Shown here piece by piece: positions 36,601 through 49,488 of a DNA stretch of 64,000 bases. Both the position numbers and the translations under genes were made by a program. The notes beneath the pieces were generated by a model. The model saw only the letters and a program-made list of their open reading frames with translations, did no database searches and was not told the DNA's origin. Source of the DNA: Azolla caroliniana (lineage: Eukaryota > Plantae > Polypodiophyta); assembly GCA_043228905.1 (NCBI GenBank), contig JBHGNT010000001.1, forward strand, positions 806,001 through 870,000, read 5' to 3'. Numbering within the stretch: the stretch's first letter is position 1; every line of letters begins with the position of its first letter.

Positions 36601-37392
36601 TAGCTCTGAACGAATGTTAAAAGATCTGTAGTAGTCTTGTGAGCTTATTTTCTCACCTATATTCCAGGTGGATGAAGGGAGACTTCTAGTGAATGGTCAT
36701 GTGAAAAATGAAGATTTTATTGCAGAGCCAGTATCATATAACATGACTTCAATTGTATGTGTAAACATTTTTGTGAATTTAGTATTCTTGTATTAACTCA
36801 ACTTTATAAAACTTTAAATTTATCATATGATTATGTATGAAACAACATTTTCTATTTTGTTTTTGTGTAGTGCATTCCCAAAGGATATGTTTTTGTAATG
36901 GGTGATAATCGCAACAACAGCAATGATTCACATGTTTGGTAATTTTCTCCTTTTCCTTGCTATTTGTTTCCAAATTGTGGTTTTTACTGAAGGGAAAACA
37001 CCCAAATACCCTCGCTTCCAGTCAATAGAGGGGTATTCCAGTATTTTTCTTGGAAGGTTTAGGGTGTAGTATTCTGTTAAATATCCAATAAGTTAGGGGC
37101 ATTATGTTAATGCTTCAAAAATATAGGGGAATTCTGGTATATAACCAAGAAGTTAGTGGTATTGTGGGATATTTGTTTTGAAAACTTAGGTGTTCACGTA
37201 ATAATTCTTAATGCCTAACAGATTAGGGGCATTTTGGTGTTTTCCCCTTTAATAAATAAATAATATGTATGTATGTATATTTAGTTCTTGATATGTTTTT
37301 GCCATATAAGGGGACCATTGCCTGTCAAGAACATATATGCAAGGTCTGTGCTGCGATACTGGCCACCAAGTCGTGCTGGATGCACACTTTGA
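33684..37392 (+). CDS. Type I signal peptidase, thylakoidal processing peptidase (TPP/Plsp-like)
   Basis: Exons 33684-33779, 34369-35184, 36148-36216, 36312-36380, 36668-36754, 36871-36938, 37311-37392 join in frame; catalytic Ser (IPTLSMYPT) and Lys (FVKRVVA), [23 protein letters not shown]; transit-peptide-like N-terminus. Confidence 0.93.
36992..37247. mobile_element. Mutator-type MITE in TPP intron 6
   Basis: Imperfect ~21-bp TIRs GGGAAAACACCCAAATACCCT / AGGGGCATTTTGGTGTTTTCCCC; degenerate 9-bp TSD TTTACTGAA / TTTAATAAA. Confidence 0.65.
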
Positions 37393-37544
37393 GAGGAACG
37401 AGGGTTTGCATGGTACACAATAATAGCACATGTAGTAATGGTACTGGTTTTTGTTTCTCATGTAACATACTTCATGATTATAGACTATAACTTTACCAAA
37501 AATTGGTGATGTTAACTATTCATTTTGATTTTTACTATTTATTG

Positions 37545-37945
37545 GATATTCTTTATTGAATATGATGGTTTGCTCCATAACATTGATACCATCAGAGTGG
37601 GTTGATTTTCTTTATTTTCTGATCACTCCATAACATTGATACCTTCAGAGTGGGTTGATATTCTTTATTTTCTGATCGCTCCATAACATTGATACCATCA
37701 GAGTGGGTTGATATTCTTTATTTTCTTATCACTCCATAACATTGATACCTTCAGAGTGGATTGATATTCTTTATTTTCTGATCGCTCCATAACATTGATA
37801 CCATCAGAGTGGGTTGATATTCTTTATTTTCTGATCACTCCATAACATTGATACCTTCAGAGTGGGTTGATATTCTTTATTTTCTGATCGCTCCATAACA
37901 TTGATACCTTCAGAGTGGGTTGTTATTCTTTTCTTTCTGATAGCT
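37545..37945. repeat. 53-bp minisatellite, about 7.5 copies
   Basis: CTCCATAACATTGATACC recurs at 37573, 37626, 37679, 37732, 37785, 37838, 37891. Confidence 0.95.
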
Positions 37946-39888
37946 GGACTTGAGTTGCAGAAGATTCCATCCAAAACTGCCTCATTTGTGTAGTTTGTGA
38001 AATGTATATGTAAAAGAAAGACAGTTTTGAGTCAATATGAAGTACTCTGAGCAGCTCTTATGTAAACGCAACATGGCATTTTGAATTAATTATAATAAAT
38101 GGTAATATCTCATTTTGCATTATTATATATTCCAATTGTCATCATGTTGTCTTATATACATGTTAAATTTGTCTTAATCCAAAATATGAAGCATGGACAC
38201 CACATGCATCTATGCTTTTGTTTGGAAAGGAATAATAAAACTCATAATTTGTGAATTTTATTGGGACAAGTAAAAACGTACAATGTTTGAAAAATATTGA
38301 ACTACCCTAGTGTATACATACGAGTATGCAATGTAGTTGGATGGTCATCAAGATGGTTCTTGGAACAAATTGTCCAATGTAACCATTCATGGTCTCTAAT
38401 TGTTGTGGGAATTTGTTTTGTTGCATAGCTTTGTACAACTTAATGAAAAGTTGTTGACAAGTTGGGGTTTGACTTGCATGTTGAGATGTAGATGTGGTAC
38501 CTACCCATGGACATTGTGGGATAAAATTGGGGCTGGCCCATAGAAGGCATAACCTCTTGGGGCTAGAATTGGTTTGGAGCGCGAAAATGATGTTACCTGA
38601 ACAAAACGCTTGTTTGTGATTTGTATAATTATGATTGTCAAAAGCCTTCCGCTGTTGGAGATGCTCAATGGTTAACTACAACATGCTTTTGAGGTGCTTC
38701 TCATCAAGTTTGAGTAGATAAATCAGGCATTGTTGTAGGAATGAGTCCTCACTCATTTTTTCCATAACTTGGAGCTAAAGACTTGATACCAAAATCTTAA
38801 TTGGTCTGATGGCCACCAACTGCACACCAAATAGAACAATATGATGTTGATGCTTGTCTTGAAGCTAGTGCACTAGGCCTAGAGTGTGAACTAGATACCA
38901 ACTTTTTTATACGCACGATGTTCTTGTTATGCATGGTTGCCACCTAACATTGATGTGTGCCAAAGCTTAGTGTTGAACCGGAATGGGTTGACAACATCAA
39001 GATCTTGCGCGCGCGCACACACACACACACACAATACTCCTATTGTTATGTATAGTTGCCATCTAGCATTGATGTGCGTTTACCACTTGCTATTGTGTAT
39101 GGTTGCCACTTGGCAATCATATATTTAGATATATACATGTCATCTCCCATATGATAGTATGATAGTTAAAATTCATTGCGCACAGATCATGGGGGTGACT
39201 ACCAAAACCTATACTTTGTGTTTGCTCATGACACCCTCTTGTTTGACAAAGAGTTTCATGAGTCTCAATGCACTAAGAGGGACTTGGTTTATCAAGCTAT
39301 TGATGATGAATTATGATACACGATCTTGGAAATTATCAAGATCTCCGTGGGTTCTGAAGTTTGATCACTTGGCATATGACTCAACCAATCAAAGAGGCAA
39401 CATAACTTGTGCATGATCTTGGAGTTCAAAACAACTTCATCAATAAGTTGAACATAACTTAAGGGTGGAATTGCCCAACCCGAAATAGAACTAGAGTTCC
39501 AACAATCAGATGTTTAACATTGGATGTATACACATAATCTAACCCATCAAATGGCATGATAGTGTTCATATCATGTCAAAATATCCATGTACGACTCAAA
39601 CCGTGACTTTGGTGAAGAGTTGAGGTGATGATGATCTATGGAAGATGTGTGTGGTTTGTGCATCATGCAAATATTAAGAAATTTCAGTTTGATTACTTGG
39701 AGTTGTGTTTTACAATCTTGAACTTTAGAATTCTTAGAGATTTCTAGATGTTCAATCATGGTCCAACATGGATCAACACCCCCCACGGAAGGAGTAGAGA
39801 GTTATAATGAATTGTATTGACCATCTAACATTGGTGATGTTTGCAACAACCTATATGGATGATATCAATGTATCTTAGATCAAGAATA

Positions 39889-41624
39889 TGTCACGACACA
39901 ACGATGTCAAATACATAGTTAGTGAGGATTGAACTTGCAACCTCACAGCTACAAGATATCATGCTCAACCATTTTGATATGAGCATGGATTTGTATAATA
40001 ATTTAGTATTCTATAGTCTAGCATATAATACATTTTAGAATCAAAATATTCTAGAAATATTTTACAACATATTCTAGACGAGTATATTCTAGACGAGTAT
40101 ATTCTAGAGATATTCAATTTCGGAACATGTATAAATACTTGTAACCTCCTTGGTCCCTTCAAGGGATTCAATGCCAGTCATTACACATCAATCTAGTATT
40201 CTCGTTTCGCCTCATCTTTGTCTCCTTGATCTTGATTTCTATCTTCATTCCCTCATGTCGCTCACAACATTTAGAGTTCCTAGCCTCGTCACATCTAGCT
40301 CCAAGTTCATCCGTCGCTCATAGCACCATCATTTATGCTCCGTCCTAGTTCGCGCTTGGTGTGTTCGTTGACAATTTGAATCCCTTCCAACTGGGAGCAC
40401 CACCCGTCTTCGTCATCGCCTTTGCATCTAGAGTTACCATCATCACCGTCCTTGCTTCCGGAGTTATCGTCATCAGCATCCTTGTCTTCGACGTCATCAT
40501 TTTCAGCACCTCTTCGCCCAACCATCGTCATCATCAACACTACTTGTCATCATTTTTAGGTATCATTTTGCATCACAGTTTTGGTGAGGAGTGCTTTTGA
40601 TTGCTCTCCTTCCTAGTTCTGGGGGGGGTCACAACCACTCACTTTCCTGGTGGGGATTGGATCATTGCTCGCTTGCACTGTATTTTCGTTATAGTTCAAG
40701 TCTCGCGCAACTTTCTGTTGGCGAGGACCAATTTCGATCGCTCACCTGGTCACATGGTCGCTCACTCCCGTTTGTGTTCTAATTCCCAATGAGGGCCGCA
40801 TGGTCGCTCATGCCCGTTCATGTTCCCGGACCGCACATGGTCTCTCACGTTTGTCCCTGTTCTAGTCTTCGATGAGGGTCACACATGGTCGCTCACACCC
40901 GTCGGCATTCTAATCTCCGGTGAGGACTGTACATGGTTGCTCACACTCGTCAGTGTTCCAATCTCCAGGGAGGACCGCACATGGTCACTCACGTCCATTG
41001 GTGTTCTAGTCTCCGGTGAGGACAATATATGGTTCCTCACGCCCTTCAGTGCTCCAATTCCCGTCCAACCCTACACCACACTTTTGAAAAGGCAGCCGTA
41101 AAGGGGAGGATAATGTCACGACACAACGATGTCAAATATATAGTTAGTGAGGATTGAACTTGCAACCTCACAACTACAAGATATCATGCTCAACCATTTT
41201 GATATGAGCATGCATTTGTATGATGGTTTAGTATTCTTTAGTCTAACGTATAGTACATTTCAGAATTAGAATATTCTAGTCAGTAGTATATTCTAGAAAT
41301 ATTGTAAGACATATTCTAGACGAGTATATTCTAGAGATATTTCTCGAGTATATTCTAGAGATATTCAATCTCGAAACATGTATAGATACTTGTAACCTCC
41401 TTGGTCCCTTCAAGGAATTCAACGCCAGTCATTGACACATCAATCTAGTATTCTCGTTTCGCCTCATCTTTGTCTCCTTGATCTTGATTTCTATCTTCAT
41501 GCCCTCATGTCGCTCGCAACATTTAGAGTTCCTCGCCTCGTCACATCTAGCTCCAAGTTCATCCGTCGCTCGTAGCCCCATCATCTGTGCTCCGTCCTAG
41601 TCCACGCTTGGTGTGTCCGTGACA
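39889..41624 (+). mobile_element. Non-autonomous LTR retrotransposon (TRIM/SMART-like) related to self-priming chromoviruses
   Basis: LTRs 39889-40373 and 41114-41624 (TGTCA..TGACA); TSD GAATA/AAATA; PPT AAAGGGGAGGATAA; 740-bp internal region without gag/pol motifs; self-complementary PBS 40376-40386. Confidence 0.9.
40746..41062 (+). repeat. Degenerate 48-bp tandem repeat inside the non-autonomous element
   Basis: GAGGACCGCACATGGTCGCTCAC-like units at 40874, 40922, 40970, 41018 plus partial copies upstream. Confidence 0.85.
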
Positions 41625-42528
41625 AAATATACATCACAAGTTTGACCATAGTCCTCAACAGAATTGCAAAGTGATGCCATCAATACTTCCAAAACTCCTG
41701 CTTGTGGGTGCATCAAGTAGTGTTGCAAGACTTGGAGTAGAAAACGTATCTTATTTAGAATGTTTTAAGGATACATGTGATGGCATATATTTTGATAAGT
41801 GTATCATCCATATTGTGTTGTTGTTTAAGACTTCATAACATTGGCTAAAAGTAAAAAGATGTTATTAGCTAAGTAGGGTCCAACTACATCATGAGTTTGG
41901 AAGGACAATACTAGTGTAATTACCGAAGATAAATGGGCAATGAAGGTGGATGAAGAATTAGGTGGTTTATAACTATGGTAGGTAGTAAGCGATGCAATAA
42001 ATAAAGGTCCTTAAAAAATCAAGTTTTAGGTTTGAAACTTATTGGATGCACTTTTAAAAGAAAGGAAAAGGAGTAGAGCAATTTCAAGTCTAATCCACTT
42101 TTGGTCTGATCTAATTTATTGCAATGCAATAGACAACTAGAATACAATTTTAAAGTTTGGAAAATGTAGAGGAAAGATAAGATTTAACTAAGAGAGAACG
42201 AAAGATATATTAATGTCTTCTAAGGCCAAAATTGGCCCATGAGAGAGAGAGGGAGAGAGAGAGTGGTATCCACACTAGAAATCAAACATGATGTATGGCA
42301 TGGGATCAAACTAATGGCAAGGGTAGAACTTGGTTTCCCTCAATTTTATCACTATGATGCTATGGTTTAAATTCGTTGTGCTTTGTAATGTGGGGAGGTA
42401 TCGATTAGATGGAATGTTACTTGATATGTTTGGTGGTGACATCATTGTTGGCCACAACCTGGAAATCCTATCATCCATTTTGTGGGAAAGTGTTTCTTTG
42501 GTGGATGAGTTACCTTTGATGACCTTAA

Positions 42529-42530
<2 letters not shown>

Positions 42531-42560
<30 letters not shown>
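42531..42560. repeat. (GA)n microsatellite
   Basis: Directly visible. Confidence 0.95.
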
Positions 42561-42565
<5 letters not shown>

Positions 42566-45500
42566 TGGGGCAATTCTTAGTTGATGGGTAATGGTGGGTG
42601 GTTTGCCTTTGTCAACAACATTAAAACACCAACATAATTTAGATGGGTCATGGCTTTTTTGATACCCTGATTGAGGGGATCATAGCACAAATTCTTTACC
42701 ATCCCCTCACCCCCTTTTTTTTTTAGAGGTTCTAGGCTTTAGCTCTTAAAGTTAGAGATTTACCCTCCTATTTTAGTATTTGACCATCTTAAGTAATGGG
42801 GGCTATGATACAATTGAAGTATGAAAAATGGGTTCTTGTTTGATAGCACATGCTACAACATGCACATGGGTCAAAAGGAACTTTGATTTGGAACTTCTCA
42901 CAGCTGATCTCCACAAGGCATATTATACTCAAAAGAGCTAACTTTGTGTCAACTACCCTTAAAATGTTTTACCTTGCCATAAAGATACATACTCACTATG
43001 GGGTCAACAAGGGAGTTTTTATAATTGTGTTTTAATATGAGAAAAAGAAAGAACATTGTATATGCATAGCTTTTAAATTTCATAACATAAATGTGCATTG
43101 GCACTACCATTTAGGGAAGACATGTATTTTCTTGTATTAGATAAACAAACATAGACATCAAATAAGATAAATAACACGATTCATATATTACACGTTCATC
43201 CCCTCACATATATTGAGAAATTATTTGATACACAATTGTCTTTGAAATTTTCAATCAAACTACATAATAATTTTAATCTTTGAAAAAGTGCTCCAACTTC
43301 CAAGTAGGTTTTCGGAAGTGTAGAGGAAAGCAACATCCTAGGAATTAGGGGTGTTATGATTATATATAAAAGAGTTAAAATTTAAAAACATAGGGTAGTG
43401 TGATCCACATCAATCATCACAGGAATATTGTAATCATGTTAGGGGCTTATTTGCATTGTTGTTCATTTATGTATGCAAGTTTCCATCATCATTTACGAAA
43501 TGTACATTTTAATACACATATGTGTGTTCCTAAACCATAAGAATGCATTTTTGTATCCTAATAGAATCTAGTTGTATTAAATTCATTATGAGTATATGAG
43601 TAATAGGAGAATATAAGGAATGTAGTGTAGGTGGACCATTACATGTCACGTGAATCATCACGTGAACACAATCACCCACAAATAAGTAGAAGTGCTTTTT
43701 GTTGGCACTTATGGAGCTCTTTATGTGCAAAAGTTTTGATCATAATTAAAAATACTAGTATGAATGTCACACATATGTGTGTGCTTGTTTATAAATCTTA
43801 AGTACAAATGTTCCTTTCTTATAGAGAATTGAGTTCTCACATATTAGTGAATTTGTGATGTTCACACATATGTCACACACACACACAAATATAATCCAAA
43901 CAAACCAAACATTCTCAATAAAGGTTTGTGGCTACAATAATTGTCCAAAATGGAAAGTGGGCATAAGTGTAATAGAGATTAACGATGTCGTTGTTCGCAA
44001 CATAAACTACTATTTGACTGGTCTTCCTCTTACAATGATAAATCAATTATCCAGTTGCATTGATTATAATCTCAGTGAAAAAAAAAGATGCAATTTGAAA
44101 CTTTATAGTTTAAATATTAGAAATGAGATTAATGTGATAAAACCTTTCCAAAGCATTGGAATGTAGAGATAAACATCGATTCATCATTGGTATTTTCAGC
44201 TGAACTAGACTAATTTATGAGATTGTATATTCTGTTCCTTGGAATTTATTTCTTATAGGCAAAATATGTCATTGGTAGCACAACTATGAAATATGATTGT
44301 GAAAATTGGTTGGATTAATGAAGCCATTTTCCTTGTAAGAACAAGTCGGCAATGTTGTGAAATTTAAAATTTACGTTGTTTTTGAATAATACAATTTGAA
44401 AGTCATCAATATCTCACATTTTATAGTGGAGATTATCTTTCCTTTGTCATGACTCACAACGTTCGGCACATAATAGGCACAAATGTCACATAATTTTAAA
44501 TCCGGTTAGGCTATTCTCCTCCCCCCCCCAAAGAAGAAGAAGAAGAAGAAACAATCAAAACATCAAGGGGCCTTTCTTCCACGTGAAAAGTATGTATTCC
44601 TCGTGTATGACAAGCTTTAAAGTGGACGGGAGAGATGTAGAAGAAAATGAAAAGGATGTCCTCTTTCCCCACACAATTTGTCAAATCATATTCTTATGTC
44701 CAATCAAATGTAGTTCGAATATGGCTTAGCGCATTGTAGAAGATAGAATAACAATATTGAGAGACGTTGTGAGAACATAATAAACAATAATGATATGATG
44801 TTTCTTAAAGTAGAAGACAATGAATTAAGCTAGTTCTAATCATATTGAAATCTTGTCAAGTCTAGGCTTCAATTGATTAAACAAAAGGACTATAGAATTA
44901 CGAGCATGGTTAGCGTATAAGACATCCATGTGACTGGGACAAAGTTATAAGGTTGGTAATGAAATTTGGTATTTGAAGGCATTGAAAAGAAAGTATTCAC
45001 AAGAGGTAAAAATGAAGATAATTATTCGTTGTTTTAAGTCTTTTGTAACTTCTTCTTTTTCATTCCGCCTTGAAACTTTACATTTGTAACATGTCTTTAT
45101 CAGTGAGTTGTGTGGGGAACTATTGAACGATGACTTTCAACTCAAAATAGTGTGTGTAACAGTCAACATATTTCCATTAGTATGCATAAATGATGAGTAA
45201 AACATGACAAGAGTTGTGTCACAATCATAACTAGAGATTTAATGTAATAAGGTATGTTCCACAAGTTGGGCAAATAATTTAATAATCAGTATAATAAACC
45301 ATATGGTCATTGTTATATTAAGCACATTTGCATATCAAGCCTTATTTTGGCACCATACACAGCCTTGATGAGGCATATATGACATGAAGTATAAATTGTA
45401 GGATGGTCATGAACCTTTCATTTCAAAAGGGACCCTTTTTAGTGTGGAAAGCCTTCTTTTCAAAGGCATTTGTGGAGAAATCCTTAAAATTTATCAAGAT

Positions 45501-48500
45501 AGAGAATAACATCCGAAAAAGTTTTGAAATAACTACCACCGAGATTATAATTCCACATATTTGGCAAACCATTTTCTTTAGGGTATAATTCCTTCAAACT
45601 TGGTGCATCAAAAGCATATCCTTCAATCAATCAATCGATGAGATACCATGGTGGCGCCAACTTCTTAGAAATTGTGAATGTCATCAACAACGATCTACTC
45701 ACCCACCTCTATTTTTTATTGTTCATTTGCAAGATGTCCTAGGGAAGCTTGTGCTATGGTTTTTGAATAGTTCAAAATCTTAGTTGGGAATGGATAAATA
45801 TGTACAAGTTTGCTTCCTTTTCTTTTTGTTTTCTCTCCTTGGCAATGTAAAACCCACTTTCAAGAGAATATGAAATGTAACTACTCGACATTATTACAAA
45901 GTTTGGGGGTTGGGAGAGGGTGTCACTAATCCATTGGTTGGGGGTGTTCTTTGTACGTTTTTTCGTCTTTAATTTGGAGTACATAAGACATACATTAAAC
46001 ATGGATATGATGTTGCATGCGTGAAGATTGCGCAACATGTATGGGATAAACATGGGCTTGAGTTAGGTTGGTATATACAATTAGACTGGATTTATTCTTT
46101 AAGCATGTGGGCCATGTTAAACATATGTGAACAAAAGTGGTTCTATCAAAAGATGTGGTTGTGTAAGAGACGTAAACCACATAAAGATATGATAAACACC
46201 ATCATGCATTCTTCAACTCAAACATCACATAAACAAAAGGAATGACACTAGAAACCAAACAATAAACATCATGTACATGAACTCCAATGTCAAAAGTGTG
46301 TATAAATGAAAGAAAATAGGTGTATATAAGACACATAAACACCATGCATACGACTGAACCCATATCCATGGATTCTTCTCTACTCTAAGCATGGCAAAAA
46401 GACGGAGAAAAATGATAAATATTAAAATCGACACTTGATATATTTGTCCACAATCCCTAATAATAAGTGACTCGCAAGAATTTTGGCATACAATATATGC
46501 AATCAAACTAACATGGTCGGACCGACCACAAAATCGCATAAAACATGTGAAGCAATCATTGTTTTCTTCTTAGATTCTAGTCTTTATTGCTACTTGTATT
46601 CTTGTGTCATACCAAATATTGCAATATATTGGGAATATAATCTAATTCTCATTGGTGTAATGCTGACTATATGTTTAGTCATTAAAACATAATGTGTGTG
46701 TTTGTGTGTGTGCGCGCATATATACACGTAGCCAAAACGAGGGTCCCTAACCTTATGGATGAGGTATCAAAGTAGTACCACAACTTCTACGAATTCAATA
46801 GGTCCCATTAAGGGACACCTAACATGTGTTCCACACACGTTGATGTTTTGACACCAAGAATATGCAAAGTCTATTCAAATATGGCTAGATCATTTCATCA
46901 TGTAGCTCCTCATGATTGTGGCAATGTGGTATCCGTCAGTGATCAACACCACTCTTGTTTTGTCAGGTCTCCAAATATAACCTCACCTAAACATAATGCA
47001 GGCCAATTCAATTGATAGACACATGGGAAACATTCTTCGGCCTCGCGGGATTGGACTTACTACATCATAAGGCTTGTGTTTAAGTGTCTTGGAATTTTGT
47101 CTAGGGTTGCACCTTGTTCTTCAAAGATATCTAGTAGTGTGTAACCCTAGAGAGAACTCGAATACAAAGAATTTAGGTTGTGTAGTTAATGTGTTACCTT
47201 GAGCTTTGATACATATGATCATGTGAAATTCACGTGTTGGGATCTCTTAATATATAAGTTTTCCATTAGATGATATGAGAAGTTAATGCTTTGAATTTGT
47301 CAAATATACTTATTGATATAATGATCCCAGTTAATACATTTCGCTATGCTTCATAGAGTACTTTTTTTTCTTAATGTTTGCTAAACACATGGACCAAGTC
47401 TCGATTGAAAGATATGGAATGTGAACAATTAGAACAACGAACAACTTGAGTAAGTTAGGATTTTGCCATAATTAGAGATGGCCTTTATAATGTGGACGTT
47501 TGGTCTTAGAATAATATTTGGATAATGTTGATGTATTAGCTCTTTGAAACAGGTACAATATATAATAACATCCTTCAAGAGAGACAATTATAAATGTGAA
47601 TAATTTGGCATGTGCTAGGTTTTGGTTATAAACCATGTATATTAATATATATGTAAGCATGGACGTTGTTGATAAACTTATTCATAAAATGGTTCAAACG
47701 GTGGGGGACTTTTGGTCCTACTTGAATAGAATAAAATTTTGGAACTCATATGTACGTATATGCCACTACTAGCTCGGGTCAAAGCTTATTGTAAAGTGGG
47801 ATTCAAACCATCGTTCCGAAACATAACATGTATTGTTATCATATATTGGATCATAGTACCGTCAAAATGCATTGTGGGTAGAGAGATTTGTCGCGAGGCA
47901 GGCATCCCATCAAAAGAATTATAGGCGCATATAACAACAAAAGATACATGTCAGGGGTCACCCAAGTTGCTGGCTGGAAACGTCATTCCACGTAATTAAT
48001 GGGGCGAAAGCTCTCTACATTGCATACATATTGCATATAATAGTTTGATGATCCGGAATGATGACCATGTGGTATGTGAGACAATGTACTTACCATTAAT
48101 CAATTATGTGTATTATTTGTATTGTGTGGACAACATTATTAAGTATATGTATGTGTATATGTAGATGTTCATGTACATGTAATAATAATGTAGATGTAGA
48201 TGTAGATGTAGATGTATATGTATATGCAGCTACTGCCAGGAACGTTGAATAATAATAATAACTATATATTACTATTATTATTATAATGCCGTACTAGAAG
48301 ACTCCAAATATAATAGTAATAATAATAATATCTTCGATACGAAGATAATATTGTTATTATAAATAAATATGTCGTTGTAAGTGTAACGTCGATTCAGCTA
48401 AGCTCCACTCTTACTCATATTTGTATATATATATATATATATATATAATAGTTCCTGAGTTCGTTATTTATAAATATATGTCATTGTTAAGTGTCTCAAC

Positions 48501-48608
48501 ACGGGGGTCACTACAACTATACCTATATATTATAGTTCATTACTCCCATACAAATTCCATTAGTGAAGATAACAAATAAATATCTTATATATATTGTTAA
48601 ATCATCCC

Positions 48609-49331
48609 ATGGAACATTCTTGGAATCCTAAGTCTTTTCCTCCTCCTACCAATGACCATCATGATGCAACAATATTGATGAATGGATTAGTGAATCCATG
48701 GCTATTTAATTATCCGTTAATCATGACCCAGCATTATGATGGGACTATAGGTAATTGTGATAATGCCCTCGTCATGGACGAGATGGATGACAACATAATG
48801 AATTACAACCATCCTCTGACGATCCCAAATGCAAATGGATTGGCAATGAATGGAAGGCTAGTGGATGATGATGAGGCGGTAATGGGGATGGGTAATGATG
48901 GGAAGATCATTGGATTGGCCGACAATTATAATTTCGGTTATCCGGAACATCCTGTGGAGGGGGAGCTATTAATGATGATGGATTATTCATGTGATGATGC
49001 GAGGATAATCAGTAACTCTAATTTGGGTGGATATACGACGATTACTACTGCTACTAATAATAACAATCCTGAGCATGTGAATAAGAAGAATCATGAGAAG
49101 GAGGAGGAGGAGGAGGTGAGGGCGGGTAACAGTAAAGTGGTTCCCCAAGACCAAGATGATGGGGGTGAGAGCAATAATAGTTTATGGGGCAATATGAGGA
49201 GGAGGAGGAGGAATGCTAGTAATGAGAGTGGTGGAATGAAGGCGGATGATGAAAAGAGAAGAATGAGGGTGAGGGATGATCACAAATGTAAGAAGAGTGG
49301 GAGGAGGAAGGTGGAGAGTGTGGGGGGGGTC

Positions 49332-49362
<31 letters not shown>

Positions 49363-49443
49363 CTTCTGCTTCTGCTGCTTCTGCTGCTGCTGCTGCTGGG
49401 ATGATGATGATGATGGGTAGGAGGAGGAGGGCCCGTAATAACT

Positions 49444-49488
<45 letters not shown>

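Noticed and set aside
37545-37945. CRISPR-like array
   Set aside because: Units are contiguous near-identical 53-mers with no unique spacers; eukaryotic context; no cas genes
39889-40373. Cassandra-type 5S rRNA domain in the miniature element's LTR
   Set aside because: No 5S A/IE/C-box sequence visible; the LTR has a TATA-type promoter
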